From: Octopus bimaculoides
Taxonomy: Eukaryota
Length of the DNA: 64,000 bases
Direction: 5' to 3'
NCBI RefSeq assembly: GCF_001194135.2
Contig: NC_068987.1
Coordinates: 46,164,864 to 46,228,863, forward strand
The notes under the pieces were generated by a model. That model was not told the origin of the DNA, made no database searches, and was given only the letters and a program-made list of their open reading frames with translations. Within the stretch, counting starts at the first letter, position 1, and each line of letters starts with the position of its first letter. A program made the translations under genes and the position numbers. Below, piece after piece: positions 1-11,329 of this stretch.

Positions 1-33
1 TATTTGTTTTGCAAAACTCCTGATATGAAACAG

Positions 34-248
34 ATATTGTTGTATTTGAGGATGCTCATATTTTTGTCAATTAGCCACACGCACCGTATACGCGGTCTTC
101 ACTTCAGTCGCTGAAGAGGTCACAGGATGTATGACGAAAGATTTCAGTCAAAGAACACTAGGATAATAATAATAATAAAGCTGAAGTGCAGTCCAAGTAT
201 ATTGTGCGTGTGGTTAGTTCGCAAAAATATGAGACCATCCCCAAATAT

Positions 249-258
<10 letters not shown>
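34..258. mobile_element. Fold-back element with ~75-bp imperfect arms (34-107 / 181-258), probably Penelope-like-derived
   Basis: ATATTGTTGT..CACTTCAG matches the reverse complement of CTGAAGTG..ACAACATAT. The loop contains CTGAAGA-G-GTCA..TGAC-GAAA. Confidence 0.65.
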
Positions 259-279
<21 letters not shown>

Positions 280-1300
280 AATTTAGTAAATGGAATAAAA
301 CGCATATGTTAAATGGATTCTTTTATTTCCAACATATGTTTCGAAGATTACAAATTATACCTTCCATAGGAATAGGTGAGGTTGATAAGGATGTAATCTT
401 CTCTTNNNNNNNNNNNNNNNNNNNNNNNNNNNNNNNNNNNNNNNNNNNNNNNNNNNNNNNNNNNNNNNNNNNNNNNNNNNNNNNNNNNNNNNNNNNNNNN
501 NNNNNNNNNNNNNNNNNNNNNNNNNNNNNNNNNNNNNNNNNNNNNNNNNNNNNNNNNNNNNNNNNNNNNNNNNNNNNNNNNNNNNNNNNNNNNNNNNNNN
601 NNNNNNNNNNNNNNNNNNNNNNNNNNNNNNNNNNNNNNNNNNNNNNNNNNNNNNNNNNNNNNNNNNNNNNNNNNNNNNNNNNNNNNNNNNNNNNNNNNNN
701 NNNNNNNNNNNNNNNNNNNNNNNNNNNNNNNNNNNNNNNNNNNNNNNNNNNNNNNNNNNNNNNNNNNNNNNNNNNNNNNNNNNNNNNNNNNNNNNNNNNN
801 NNNNNNNNNNNNNNNNNNNNNNNNNNNNNNNNNNNNNNNNNNNNNNNNNNNNNNNNNNNNNNNNNNNNNNNNNNNNNNNNNNNNNNNNNNNNNNNNNNNN
901 NNNNNNNNNNNNNNNNNNNNNNNNNNNNNNNNNNNNNNNNNNNNNNNNNNNNNNNNNNNNNNNNNNNNNNNNNNNNNNNNNNNNNNNNNNNNNNNNNNNN
1001 NNNNNNNNNNNNNNNNNNNNNNNNNNNNNNNNNNNNNNNNNNNNNNNNNNNNNNNNNNNNNNNNNNNNNNNNNNNNNNNNNNNNNNNNNNNNNNNNNNNN
1101 NNNNNNNNNNNNNNNNNNNNNNNNNNNNNNNNNNNNNNNNNNNNNNNNNNNNNNNNNNNNNNNNNNNNNNNNNNNNNNNNNNNNNNNNNNNNNNNNNNNN
1201 NNNNNNNNNNNNNNNNNNNNNNNNNNNNNNNNNNNNNNNNNNNNNNNNNNATATATATAGTGAGCGGAAACTCACTACGAGGAGCAGAAAGCAGGTGAAA

Positions 1301-1519
1301 TCTGTGTTTGTCCCTACACTGCCTGACAACTAGTGTTGGTGTGTTTACGTCCGCATAACTTAGCGATTCGACAAAAGAAAGCGATGAAATAAGTACCAGG
1401 CTTAAAATAAAAATAAGTACTGGTGTCGATTCGTTCGACTAAAATTCTTCAAGGTGGTGCCCCAGCATGGCCACCGTCTAAAGACTGAAACAAGTGACAG
1501 ATAAAACAAAAGATAAAAG
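1301..1519 (+). mobile_element. tRNA-derived SINE family A, 3' half
   Basis: GTGTTTACGTCC..TAACTTAGCG..GGTGGTGCCCCAGCATGGCC..GACTGAAAC; the same sequence recurs at 25.7 kb and 53.0 kb. Confidence 0.85.
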
Positions 1520-1914
1520 TTATAGATTGCAAGATATATAGATAAGCATACACAGTCATGAACGCATACGCACACACATGCACACACTGATAACACACGC
1601 ATACACTCACACAGACTCACACTGGTACATGTCATTAATAAAATTCAATATTATATTGTCATATCAGCCACTTTACCAATCAATTTCATACCAGGAATCG
1701 AGATGCTTCTGATGATTATCGGTGTTATCTCAGCTCCTGGTTTGAAGCAGATTGGCAAAGCGACTGATATGAGAATATAATATTGTATTTTATAAATATT
1801 AATATACTCCACTCTATTAACCGATATATGAACCCTTACACTTTCTGATTTATAGACAACTCGCTTTCTCTTTATCTCGCTTTCTCTTTATTCTCTTTAT
1901 CTCTCACCCTCTTT

Positions 1915-1968
<54 letters not shown>

Positions 1969-2611
1969 NNNNNNNNNNNNNNNNNNNNNNNNNNNNNNNN
2001 NNNNNNNNNNNNNNNNNNNNNNNNNNNNNNNNNNNNNNNNNNNNNNNNNNNNNNNNNNNNNNNNNNNNNNNNNNNNNNNNNNNNNNNNNNNNNNNNNNNN
2101 NNNNNNNNNNNNNNNNNNNNNNNNNNNNNNNNNNNNNNNNNNNNNNNNNNNNNNNNNNNNNNNNNNNNNNNNNNNNNNNNNNNNNNNNNNNNNNNNNNNN
2201 NNNNNNNNNNNNNNNNNNNNNNNNNNNNNNNNNNNNNNNNNNNNNNNNNNNNNNNNNNNNNNNNNNNNNNNNNNNNNNNNNNNNNNNNNNNNNNNNNNNN
2301 NNNNNNNNNNNNNNNNNNNNNNNNNNNNNNNNNNNNNNNNNNNNNNNNNNNNNNNNNNNNNNNNNNNNNNNNNNNNNNNNNNNNNNNNNNNNNNNNNNNN
2401 NNNNNNNNNNNNNNNNNNNNNNNNNNNNNNNNNNNNNNNNNNNNNNNNNNNNNNNNNNNNNNNNNNNNNNNNNNNNNNNNNNNNNNNNNNNNNNNNNNNN
2501 NNNNNNNNNNNNNNNNNNNNNNNNNNNNNNNNNNNNNNNNNNNNNNNNNNNNNNNNNNNNNNNNNNNGTAAATTAATGTAAGCAGTAGGTTGCAATGTTT
2601 CACCAAAAAGG

Positions 2612-3159
2612 AGAATTATAATTATCACTAAATATGACTAGGGTGTTAAAAAAACAAATACATTGCTAAAAATAAGAGCTAAAATGCCCTCAAGCTATAG
2701 TTAACGCACATGAATGAAAGCATATACTAACAGGTACCATAATTGTTCGAAAAATACCGACCGAGAATTCTTAGACTGACGCGTCACTTTCGGCAATTTC
2801 TATTGCCTTTTCGGTGAAACATTGCAACCTGCTGTTTACATTAATTTTGTGTATACACATTAGCGAATCGTTAATTCATCTATTAATTTGGATGGCGAAA
2901 ACATATATGCTAATAGAGAAATAGATCCGGAAATAGCTGAACACCGAGCTGGCTTAACTGATGATGGCAACAAAAATTGGCGAAACTATCGCGTCAGTCT
3001 AAGAATTCTCGGTCGGTATTTTCCGACAATTATGGTCCCTGTTAGTGTATGTTTTCATTCATGTGCGGTAACTACAGCTTTAGGGCATTTTAGCTTTTAT
3101 TTCTAGCAATGTATTTGTTTTTTGACACCCTAGTCACATTTAGTGACAATTATAATTCT
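2612..3159. mobile_element. Non-autonomous DNA element (MITE) with ~170-195-bp terminal inverted repeats
   Basis: 2612-2783 aligns to the reverse complement of 2990-3159 at roughly 90% by eye; no coding capacity between the arms. Confidence 0.85.
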
Positions 3160-3189
3160 ACACACACACACACAGATATGTGCAAGAGT

Positions 3190-3347
3190 AAGCGTGGCTG
3201 TGTAGTAAGAAGCTTACTTCGCAACCACAGGGTTTGGAGTTCAGTCTCAATGCATGGCCTTGAGCAAGTGTCTTTTGCTATAGCCCCGAACTGACCAAAG
3301 CATTGTGAGTGGATTTGTTTGGTGGAAACTGAAAGAAGTCTGTCGTA
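3190..3347 (+). mobile_element. SINE family A, 5' half
   Basis: GTGGCTGTGTAGTAAG..GGAGTTCAGTCTC (A/B-box-like head), then CCTTGAGCAAGTGTCTT and GGAAACTGAAAGAAG. Confidence 0.85.
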
Positions 3348-4255
3348 TATATATATATATATATATACTGTATACTGTTGTTTCTGGGAAGAATCNNNNN
3401 NNNNNNNNNNNNNNNNNNNNNNNNNNNNNNNNNNNNNNNNNNNNNNNNNNNNNNNNNNNNNNNNNNNNNNNNNNNNNNNNNNNNNNNNNNNNNNNTATCT
3501 TTACATACAATTGTACACATTCGCATATACATAGGTACATACGTAGCCTCGTGTATTCATTTACCTCTCACATATGCAAGCACACGTTCACATGTCCGCT
3601 TTCTGATTTTCTGATTCATTGTGTACCTAACGTCAGATATGGGAGCATTACACTACCGCGATTTGCATTTGTGATTTGGAGAATTACAGCAACTAATCAG
3701 AACTGAAGTGGCAATTAGTGTGGAAGGAACACTTCATAACCTATAGATCACATGAATTAATTAATTCTAAACTAGAACATATTTGTATCTAATATGTAAT
3801 TAAATACAGAATTAATTAATTCGCATGTTCTTTGCTGTGTTACATTATATTTCTTGAAACACTAATTGCTAAATTAATTAGCGAGGATGTCTTAGAGCAT
3901 CAACTCATCGCTGCATATATACATACAGCGATTAGTTAATTCTCTAAGGTACCGCATTCATTTTGACCGATTATTCACATGGGGACCAACAGTCGTTTTC
4001 AACCATTACAAATAAATTAAGTCATAGGAGTAAATCACGAGGTCTAATAAAGCGTGCGGTAGAAAAACCTCCCAATTTTTATACAACCATAGTTGTGGTG
4101 ATGGTAAGTTACGGAGGTGGTAACGGGGTCTTCATTTAGCTGATGTTTTATAGTTGTTTGCAGTTGCCATAATGGTTTAGAATACCGCACACAATGTGTT
4201 TGCAATTGAAAGCGTTTGTCAACCTGGAAGATTTTTTCTGTTGCACCATGCATGG

Positions 4256-4301
<46 letters not shown>

Positions 4302-4302
<1 letters not shown>

Positions 4303-4778
4303 TTATTCAGTTTTATTTCAAAGTTTCTTATCAATAGAGAAAGAGCCGGTTTCTAATTTAGATCCAAGGCTCCTTCATTGGAATTTCAACATCAACAGGG
4401 TATTTTGTATGTATGTATGTATGTATGTATGTATGTATATGTGCAAATTTGTATGTTTTATTTTATATATGTATTCTCATGTATATAGTTGCATATCTAG
4501 ACATGCTCATATATATTTGAATGATAAACTTCTGGAAAATTTTACAGACTTTTAAACTTCCAGTGATGGATTGGATCTGTAGTCTTCGGATCAACTTTCT
4601 CCCCTCTGGTTTTGAGAAACCTAATTTCTCAAGATTGGTATTTAAGCAGTGTGTTACATATCCCACTGCCCCAATAATTTCAGGTATAAACCTTAACTTG
4701 TAATTTGGATAGAATAATTGCAAATTTCTCAATAGTTCAGCGTAGGCATTTTCTTTTTCGATCTTTTTTCAAATTTTT
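4302..4778 (-). mobile_element. 5'-truncated RLE-type non-LTR retrotransposon, C-terminus plus 3' UTR
   Basis: Minus-strand LRNLQLFYPNYKLRFIPEIIGAVGYVTHCL..LGF resembles the K..KY..PIIIGALG tail of restriction-like endonuclease domains. Confidence 0.6.
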
Positions 4779-4787
4779 AGATGTATG

Positions 4788-4821
<34 letters not shown>

Positions 4822-4967
4822 TGTATGTGTGTATGTATGTATGTATGTATGTGTGTATGTATGTATGTGTGTATGTATGTATGTATGTACGTATATATGT
4901 ATGTGCACCACATATATAAATAATACATATATATGTGTATACGTATATATATATGTTATATGATATA

Positions 4968-6223
4968 CAAGGGTTGGACAAAATAATGGAAACACATTAA
5001 AATTTCAAACAAATTTATTTAATATGGGGTAGGACCGCCTTTGGCAGTAATTACAGCTTTAACTCTACGAAGTATGGACTCGTACAAAGTTTGAATTGTT
5101 TCCAAAGGAATTTTTGTCCATTCTTCAGCTAAAACAATCTCCAGTTCTTGTATTGATGATGATGGAGGATATCGACTCCTAACTTGTTTTTCTTAAATGC
5201 ACTATAAATGTTCAATAATATTGAGATCTGGGGACTGTGGTGGCCAGATAAGATGTTCAACTTCACTAGAATGTTCCTCGTGCCATTCAGTAACAACTTT
5301 AGTTGTGTGAATTGGTGCATTATCATCCTGAAAGATTGCATTTCCCTCCACAAACAGTTCCTCAAACATAGGATGAATTTGATCAGATAAAATGCTTAAA
5401 CAGTCTTGACTATTAATTCTGTCATTAAGGGAAACCATTGGGCCGGCGGATTTCCAAGATATATCCCCCCACCCAGATCGTCGCAGATCCTCCTCCATGT
5501 TTAACAGTTGGAAGAAGGAAATCTGGGTCAAATGCTTCTTTTGGCTGTCTCCACATATATACTCGGTCGGTGGCCGGAAATAAGGTAAAGGATGACTCGT
5601 TTGAGAAAATAACATTCTTCCACTGCTCTAGGGATCAATTCTGTTGGTTTTTACTCCTCTCTAAACGCTTTGCAACATTTGCTTTTGAAAGTAGTGGTTT
5701 TCTGATTGCAGCCCTCCCGTGAAACCTGGCATTGTACAACTCCCGACGAACAATTTTTGTGGAAACTGAGTTCTCGAGGTGGTCGTTAAGCTCTGCAGTA
5801 ATTTTGGGAGCTGTACTTTTGTGATCCTTTCTAACAATTCGCGTAAAAGTCCTAATTGGTTTACTTCTGAAGTTTTGTTTCAACGAGGAGGTTTTTCCCT
5901 CTTTTTCAAAGGCTGTCATTACTTTCGAGACAGTACTTCTTGATACACCAAACATTTCGGCTATTTTCGCTACGCTAGCACCTGCCATACAAGTACCAAC
6001 AATTTGACCTCTTTGAAAGTCCGATTGATCTGTCATTTTAATGAATTCTAATTACCTATTTCTGATAATATCTGAAAAGAATAGCAATTTTAGCAGAACA
6101 TATTAAAAAGCACTAATAATAAATCAAAAACATAAAAATAAACAAACTTTTGACGGTTTCATAGATATTTCAAAATTAGGATGCTCTGATGCTAGGTGTT
6201 TCCATTATTTTGTCCAACCCCTG
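4968..6223 (-). mobile_element. Tc1 (DD34E) transposon, near full length, 1256 bp
   Basis: 28-bp TIRs CA(A/G)GGGTTGGACAAAATAATGGAAACAC with one mismatch; TA on both flanks (4966-4967, 6224-6225). Confidence 0.95.
5019..6036 (-). pseudogene. Tc1 transposase with stops and frameshifts
   Basis: HTH region MTDQSDFQRGQIVG; motifs FSNES, VKHGGGS, QDDNAPIH, WPPQSPDLNIIE and terminal GGPTPY*. Confidence 0.95.
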
Positions 6224-6489
6224 TATGTATATTAGAGGATGATGATGATGATAATGATGATGATGATGTGTGTGTGTGTGTACAAGATTTTATATGTATA
6301 TAATTCTTCTTATGAAGAATTAGCATCTAAAACGTTAAGACGCTTTCTCCTCCAGTTAAAACGTTAAGGAAGTAAACCAAGTGAAAGTATAACTAAAACT
6401 AAGTAGAAGTACATTAATTACAGAATATATATTGAAGTGTCGACTTTTAGAGTTAAAAATCCTTGAAATTATATTATTTGTTGTGGGAA

Positions 6490-7560
6490 TAGCAATATCA
6501 ATAACCAATAGGAAAAGTTTTCATGACGAAAAGTATGAAAATTTAGACAAAACATCACACAAGTGGCTTCTTTTGAAATGATCGTAGGAGTTTGACCAAT
6601 ATTTGTGCTGAGGATTTTAAAGAAAATGTAGGTTTGGAGATTTCAGTATTATGTTTCAGAGATGTTTGGGTGAGTAGATTTATGCTATGCTATGAAAAAA
6701 CAAAAAGAATGAAATTGGGCATTGCTGGCGAAGTCAATGAGCGTAGGGAAGCGACTATAAAGGAGGATAATATGACATTTGATGAACTTATCGAAGAATG
6801 AAACCTTAGAGCTGATCAAATGTACAACACCGACGAAGCTGACCTTTGTAGGAATTGATTAGCAACAGAATCGGTGAGAAGTTCCAGTGAAGCATGTGCT
6901 AGTGATTTCAAGCATAATAAAGAACAATTGACAATTCTTACATGTCCAAATACATCTAGCTAACAAAGGATGAAACTGCTAAATGATTGGTAAATTTCAT
7001 CATTGCGGAATACCGAAGGAAATAATCCATTTGTCAGACTCTTTTATAAGATCCAAAATGATGGATGGGTTAAAAGCATTTTTCAAAATTGGTTTGATCA
7101 TCGATTTGAGACTTTTGTGACTTACTTTTTGATAACTGTAAAGTTCTTCATAAATCAAAGTGACTTTCATTTGTAAAAATATTTTTCGTTATCGTCCAAA
7201 GGTACTTCATAAATTACAATGGTCCAGAAAAATTATCCAGAATTTCAAATGATAAAAATAATTTTATAAAACATTCTATGCATCCATAAAAGCGTACGGA
7301 GCAGATATCCGTGTGTGTATATTCATGATTGTGGGTTCGATTCTTGACCTTGAACAAAAAACATCAGCGACTATTGGGAAGGAGTCTTTTAGCTCCATTA
7401 AGTTGAACGCAATAGAAACTTTGATAGGCAACGTCCATAGAATCAAGGATAAAGATGTTGATATTCGGTTAATCCAGAAAAGCGAGATGCAGAAATTTAC
7501 TCCAACGAGGATAATGATGAAAACGAAGCAAATGAAAAAATGCTTGGTCTTCAGCTGACA
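6490..7560 (+). pseudogene. Heavily decayed pogo/Tigger (CENP-B-like HTH plus DDE_1) transposase
   Basis: Across several frames: KYENLDK..KWLL, QMYNTDEADL (cf. IYNADETGL), KEQLTILTCPN (cf. KDRLTVLLCAN), SIFQNWFDH. No TIRs found. Confidence 0.75.
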
Positions 7561-9204
7561 ACCTTTCTTTCATATTTTGAACACAACCCGATTTATTTAT
7601 ACAACATGTAACGCCAGTGAACATGTTTAAAAATACAAGGATCATTACAACATGAAACTATATAAAATAAAGCGATATTAGAAAAATCAAGAAGTCCAAT
7701 AAAAATACTGCATTCGTAGATCATGAATTTAAAATTGCTCTTCCAATTTTTTTTTTCTTTTTGACATTTATTTTTTTATAACTAAGGATCACATTTTATT
7801 AACGACATAGTTTTACATGAGAAAAGAAAGAAAAAATTAAAAGTATCAGAGATAAATTTTTCGAGAAGAAACCCCGTAACTATCTCACCGAGGCGAGAAA
7901 GAGAAAACAAAAGGGCGCTAGAACTAAGCAGCAAAAGACGGGGGGGGGGGAGTAACAGGTTGTACAACCCAGACCAAACGGCGTGTCCAACCGCACCAGT
8001 TGAGAGAGGAAGCCAACCGCGCCGAGGATCCTTCTAATTATTATCCTTAATTTGAAGATGTTCTTTTAACTTTTAATATTTGTTTTGCTTATTTATTCAT
8101 TGTGCAAATTATTATATTAAACATTTACTCGATATTCACACGCACACAGGCATATATATGCTTGTATTTTAAGTAACGGTGAAACTCGAAGTAAATTAAA
8201 CTATAAATAATAGCATATAAAATATTAGGCTAAAAAATCCATTGTTGGAAAAACTGATGGTTGCTCGTAAGATTTGAACCTACATCTTCTGTAACCATAA
8301 CACACACGCCAAGCATTATATCAAAGCAACCCTTTGAATTTTCTCCGTACTTTATACTTCCATTCAGTTTTCGCCATCCAAGGTGGGTATTTTTTCAACC
8401 TAACATTCTACATACTATCATTTATAGCTTTATCTATTTTCACTGTTAAAAATAATTTACATATTTCTAGAAATTTCTGAATACTTATAATATATATAGG
8501 TATGTGTGTGTGTACATATGTATATATGTACATTTATATGTATGTATGCATGTATGTAAGTAGATTGCTAGATAGGTTGATTGATAGATATGCATATTAC
8601 GTTTTAAGAATGTTTTTCCTATTGCATACTCTATACTGCATTTCTGTTTATTAATCTCAATATATAACAGATCTGAATTCCAGACTTCATATGAATACAA
8701 TTTATTAGGCAGGGACGAGAAACACCAGTATTATTCGCACTAAGCACACTAGTGGAGATCAGTTCACCAATGTGTTATGTGAAACGGTAGCACAGTCACA
8801 GGTACGTAAGCAGTACACCATTGCGGAGTGGAAAAGAAACCACTGAAATGATAAATCATTTGGTGGTGTAGGATTAGCAATTACTATTTGAATATAAATA
8901 GTGTAGCATACCAAAGACCATATAAGTTCATTAATTCTGTATCTAATAAAATATTTTAAATCATGACTAGGATTTCATAATATAATATTATGTTGCTTTC
9001 ATACTAATTGCCATTTTAGTTCTAAATATTTACTGACGCCCTTCAAACTATTTCCATACAATGGTCTTTTATCCGCGATGATGCATGGTTCACTTGCCTC
9101 AGACAGTGCTACTGTAAGACATAAATAATTGCAGAACTGGTCCTTGCAAAGTGTGTTTAGTGCAAATAAATTTGGTGGATTCCATCTCTGCCTAATATAT
9201 TATA

Positions 9205-9470
9205 TTCAACTCATTAGGCCAGAGCTTGCCTCAGTTTCTGTGGTATTTAGAGACTGAGAATAAAAGACTTCTCCAGAATGCGAGGCCAGTCTCTGGTCAT
9301 GTTTACAACTAGCAACTGTTGCTGCAGTTGGTGATAGTTTTAAGCTGAGTGGACTGAAGCAACACAAAACGAAGTTTTTAATCAAGGAAACAACGAGCTG
9401 TGCGATCCACAAATCGAACCACATAACATTACTCTCATGAATTCAACATTCTAGCCACAAAGCTATGCGT
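9205..9470 (-). mobile_element. Degraded tRNA-headed SINE
   Basis: Reverse complement has a GTGGCTAG..GGTTCGATT head followed by TTGCTTCAGTCCACTCAGC. Confidence 0.55.
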
Positions 9471-9529
9471 TTTCTCATACCTACACACCTACACACGCAC
9501 GCACACACACATACACGTACACACACACA

Positions 9530-9564
<35 letters not shown>

Positions 9565-9824
9565 GCACTAACACGCATAGATACGCGTATGTATGAGTGT
9601 GCGGGTTTGTGCACGTTTGTATGCATGGACACAAGCAACATTTTACAGAAATGTAGACAAGCACAGTCATACAGTTGCCCAAAGCATTTTAAGAATACAA
9701 TAGCACACAACTCATCCGCTCAAAAAAGAAAAAAACAAAGCAAAAAATAATCCGCCTACGTGAGAAAAACATAATTTGGTTTAATCCACCGTTCAGCAAA
9801 AAAGTTACAAGAGGTTGAAGTATT

Positions 9825-10329
9825 CCACCACCCAGTCAGGCTAATTGTCCGGGCCAGCCTGACTACCTCTCTCCATCTCCCGATTTTCCATTAGTGATTT
9901 TTGGTCTTCAACTTGGCATCCAGTATCTTCTGTAACCTGTTGTATATACGTCTTCCGAGGTTTTCCAACCGCTGTGGTACCATGATTTGGTATCCACAGC
10001 AACACATTACTCACAAGCTCTTCTCTACTTCTCCAGCAATGACCAGCAAACTTCAATCTCCGCTCTTGGATGTTTGATGAGAGAGTTGGTATCGTTGTTT
10101 TATTGGATGCAGCAATAACGTGTCCACTGAAAAAGATATTAAATCTCGCGTTGCTAAGGCTTGGGCAGCTATAAACGGTCTTAGAACAATATGGAAGTCA
10201 ACGCTACCAGATGAATTGAAGAGACATTTCTTCAGAGCAGTTGAATCTGTGCTTGTATATGGATCTCCGACTTGGAGTCTCACCAGGAGACTCAGGTGCA
10301 TGCTGGAAGGTGCCTACACCAGAATGATG
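9825..10329 (-). mobile_element. RTE-clade LINE 3' fragment with an inverted 5' segment
   Basis: Minus 9825-10119 reads RLKFAGHCWRS..GKPRKTY. Plus 10120-10329 reads STEKDIKSRVAKAW..SVLVYGSPTW..YTRM. Confidence 0.85.
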
Positions 10330-11051
10330 AAATACAGATGCGAGTTATTCTACAAAATCTATAACAAAAAATAGTCTTGTAACGTAACAATAGAATCATT
10401 CAGTGCAATATAAGCAGAATAATCAAAAGAGGAGATTAATCTCTAACTATCGATCTGACGAGCCGCGTCTCTTGAATATCTAAGAAATATTGAAAATGAT
10501 GTTACAACAACTGAAAATATGTTGTACTATATCTACAGAAAATTAGTTCAAGAGCTAACTATATTTATACGAGATAGACTGTGCGATATTGGTACACCCC
10601 GTCTTATTTTCCTTTAACTTCGAGGTGATGTAACATTTATCTTTATATATATTGCAAAGAGCTTACGTATTAATAGAGTCGATCTAATGCAAACAAATTA
10701 CAAAAAAGCTTTTATTACTCTTGGAGCATGCACCTCAATCACACACACTCACGTATATATNNNNNNNNNNNNNNNNNNNNNNNNNNNNNNNNNNNNNNNN
10801 NNNNNNNNNNNNNNNNNNNNNNNNNNNNNNNNNNNNNNNNNNNNNNNNNNNNNNNNNNNNNNNNNNNNNNNNNNNNNNNNNNNNNNNNNNNNNNNNNNNN
10901 NNNNNNNNNNNNNNNNNNNNNNNNNNNNNNNNNNNNNNNNNNNNNNNNNNNNNNNNNNNNNNNNNNNNNNNNNNNNNNNNNNNNNNNNNNNNNNNNNNNN
11001 NNNNNNNNNNNNNNNNNNNNNNNNNNNNNNNNNTATATATACATACATACA

Positions 11052-11087
<36 letters not shown>

Positions 11088-11329
11088 CACGTATACATAT
11101 GTATGTATGTATGTTTGTATTTATGTATGCTCCAGAAGCTAATAGAAAAACGCCCGGATGGTGGTGTTTCCACTGGTAACAATTTTAAGATATCTTAATA
11201 ACAGCGTTGAGTTGTTGTAGGAAAGAATTAGATATTCACGGGAAGAAACCAAAACACATAACATCTAATGCCATCTAAATAATAATGATACTAACAATAA
11301 CAACAATAATAATACTAATGATGATGATT

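Noticed and set aside
8255-8320. tRNA-like 3' half on the minus strand (GTAGGTTCAAATCTTAC..CCA)
   Set aside because: No D arm, anticodon arm or full acceptor pairing; at most a decayed SINE head or tRNA retro-fragment.
8709-8801. Possible plus-strand exon AGTRNTSIIRTKHTSGDQFTNVLCETVAQSQ ending at |GTACGT
   Set aside because: Weak acceptor, only 31 codons, no recognisable homology.
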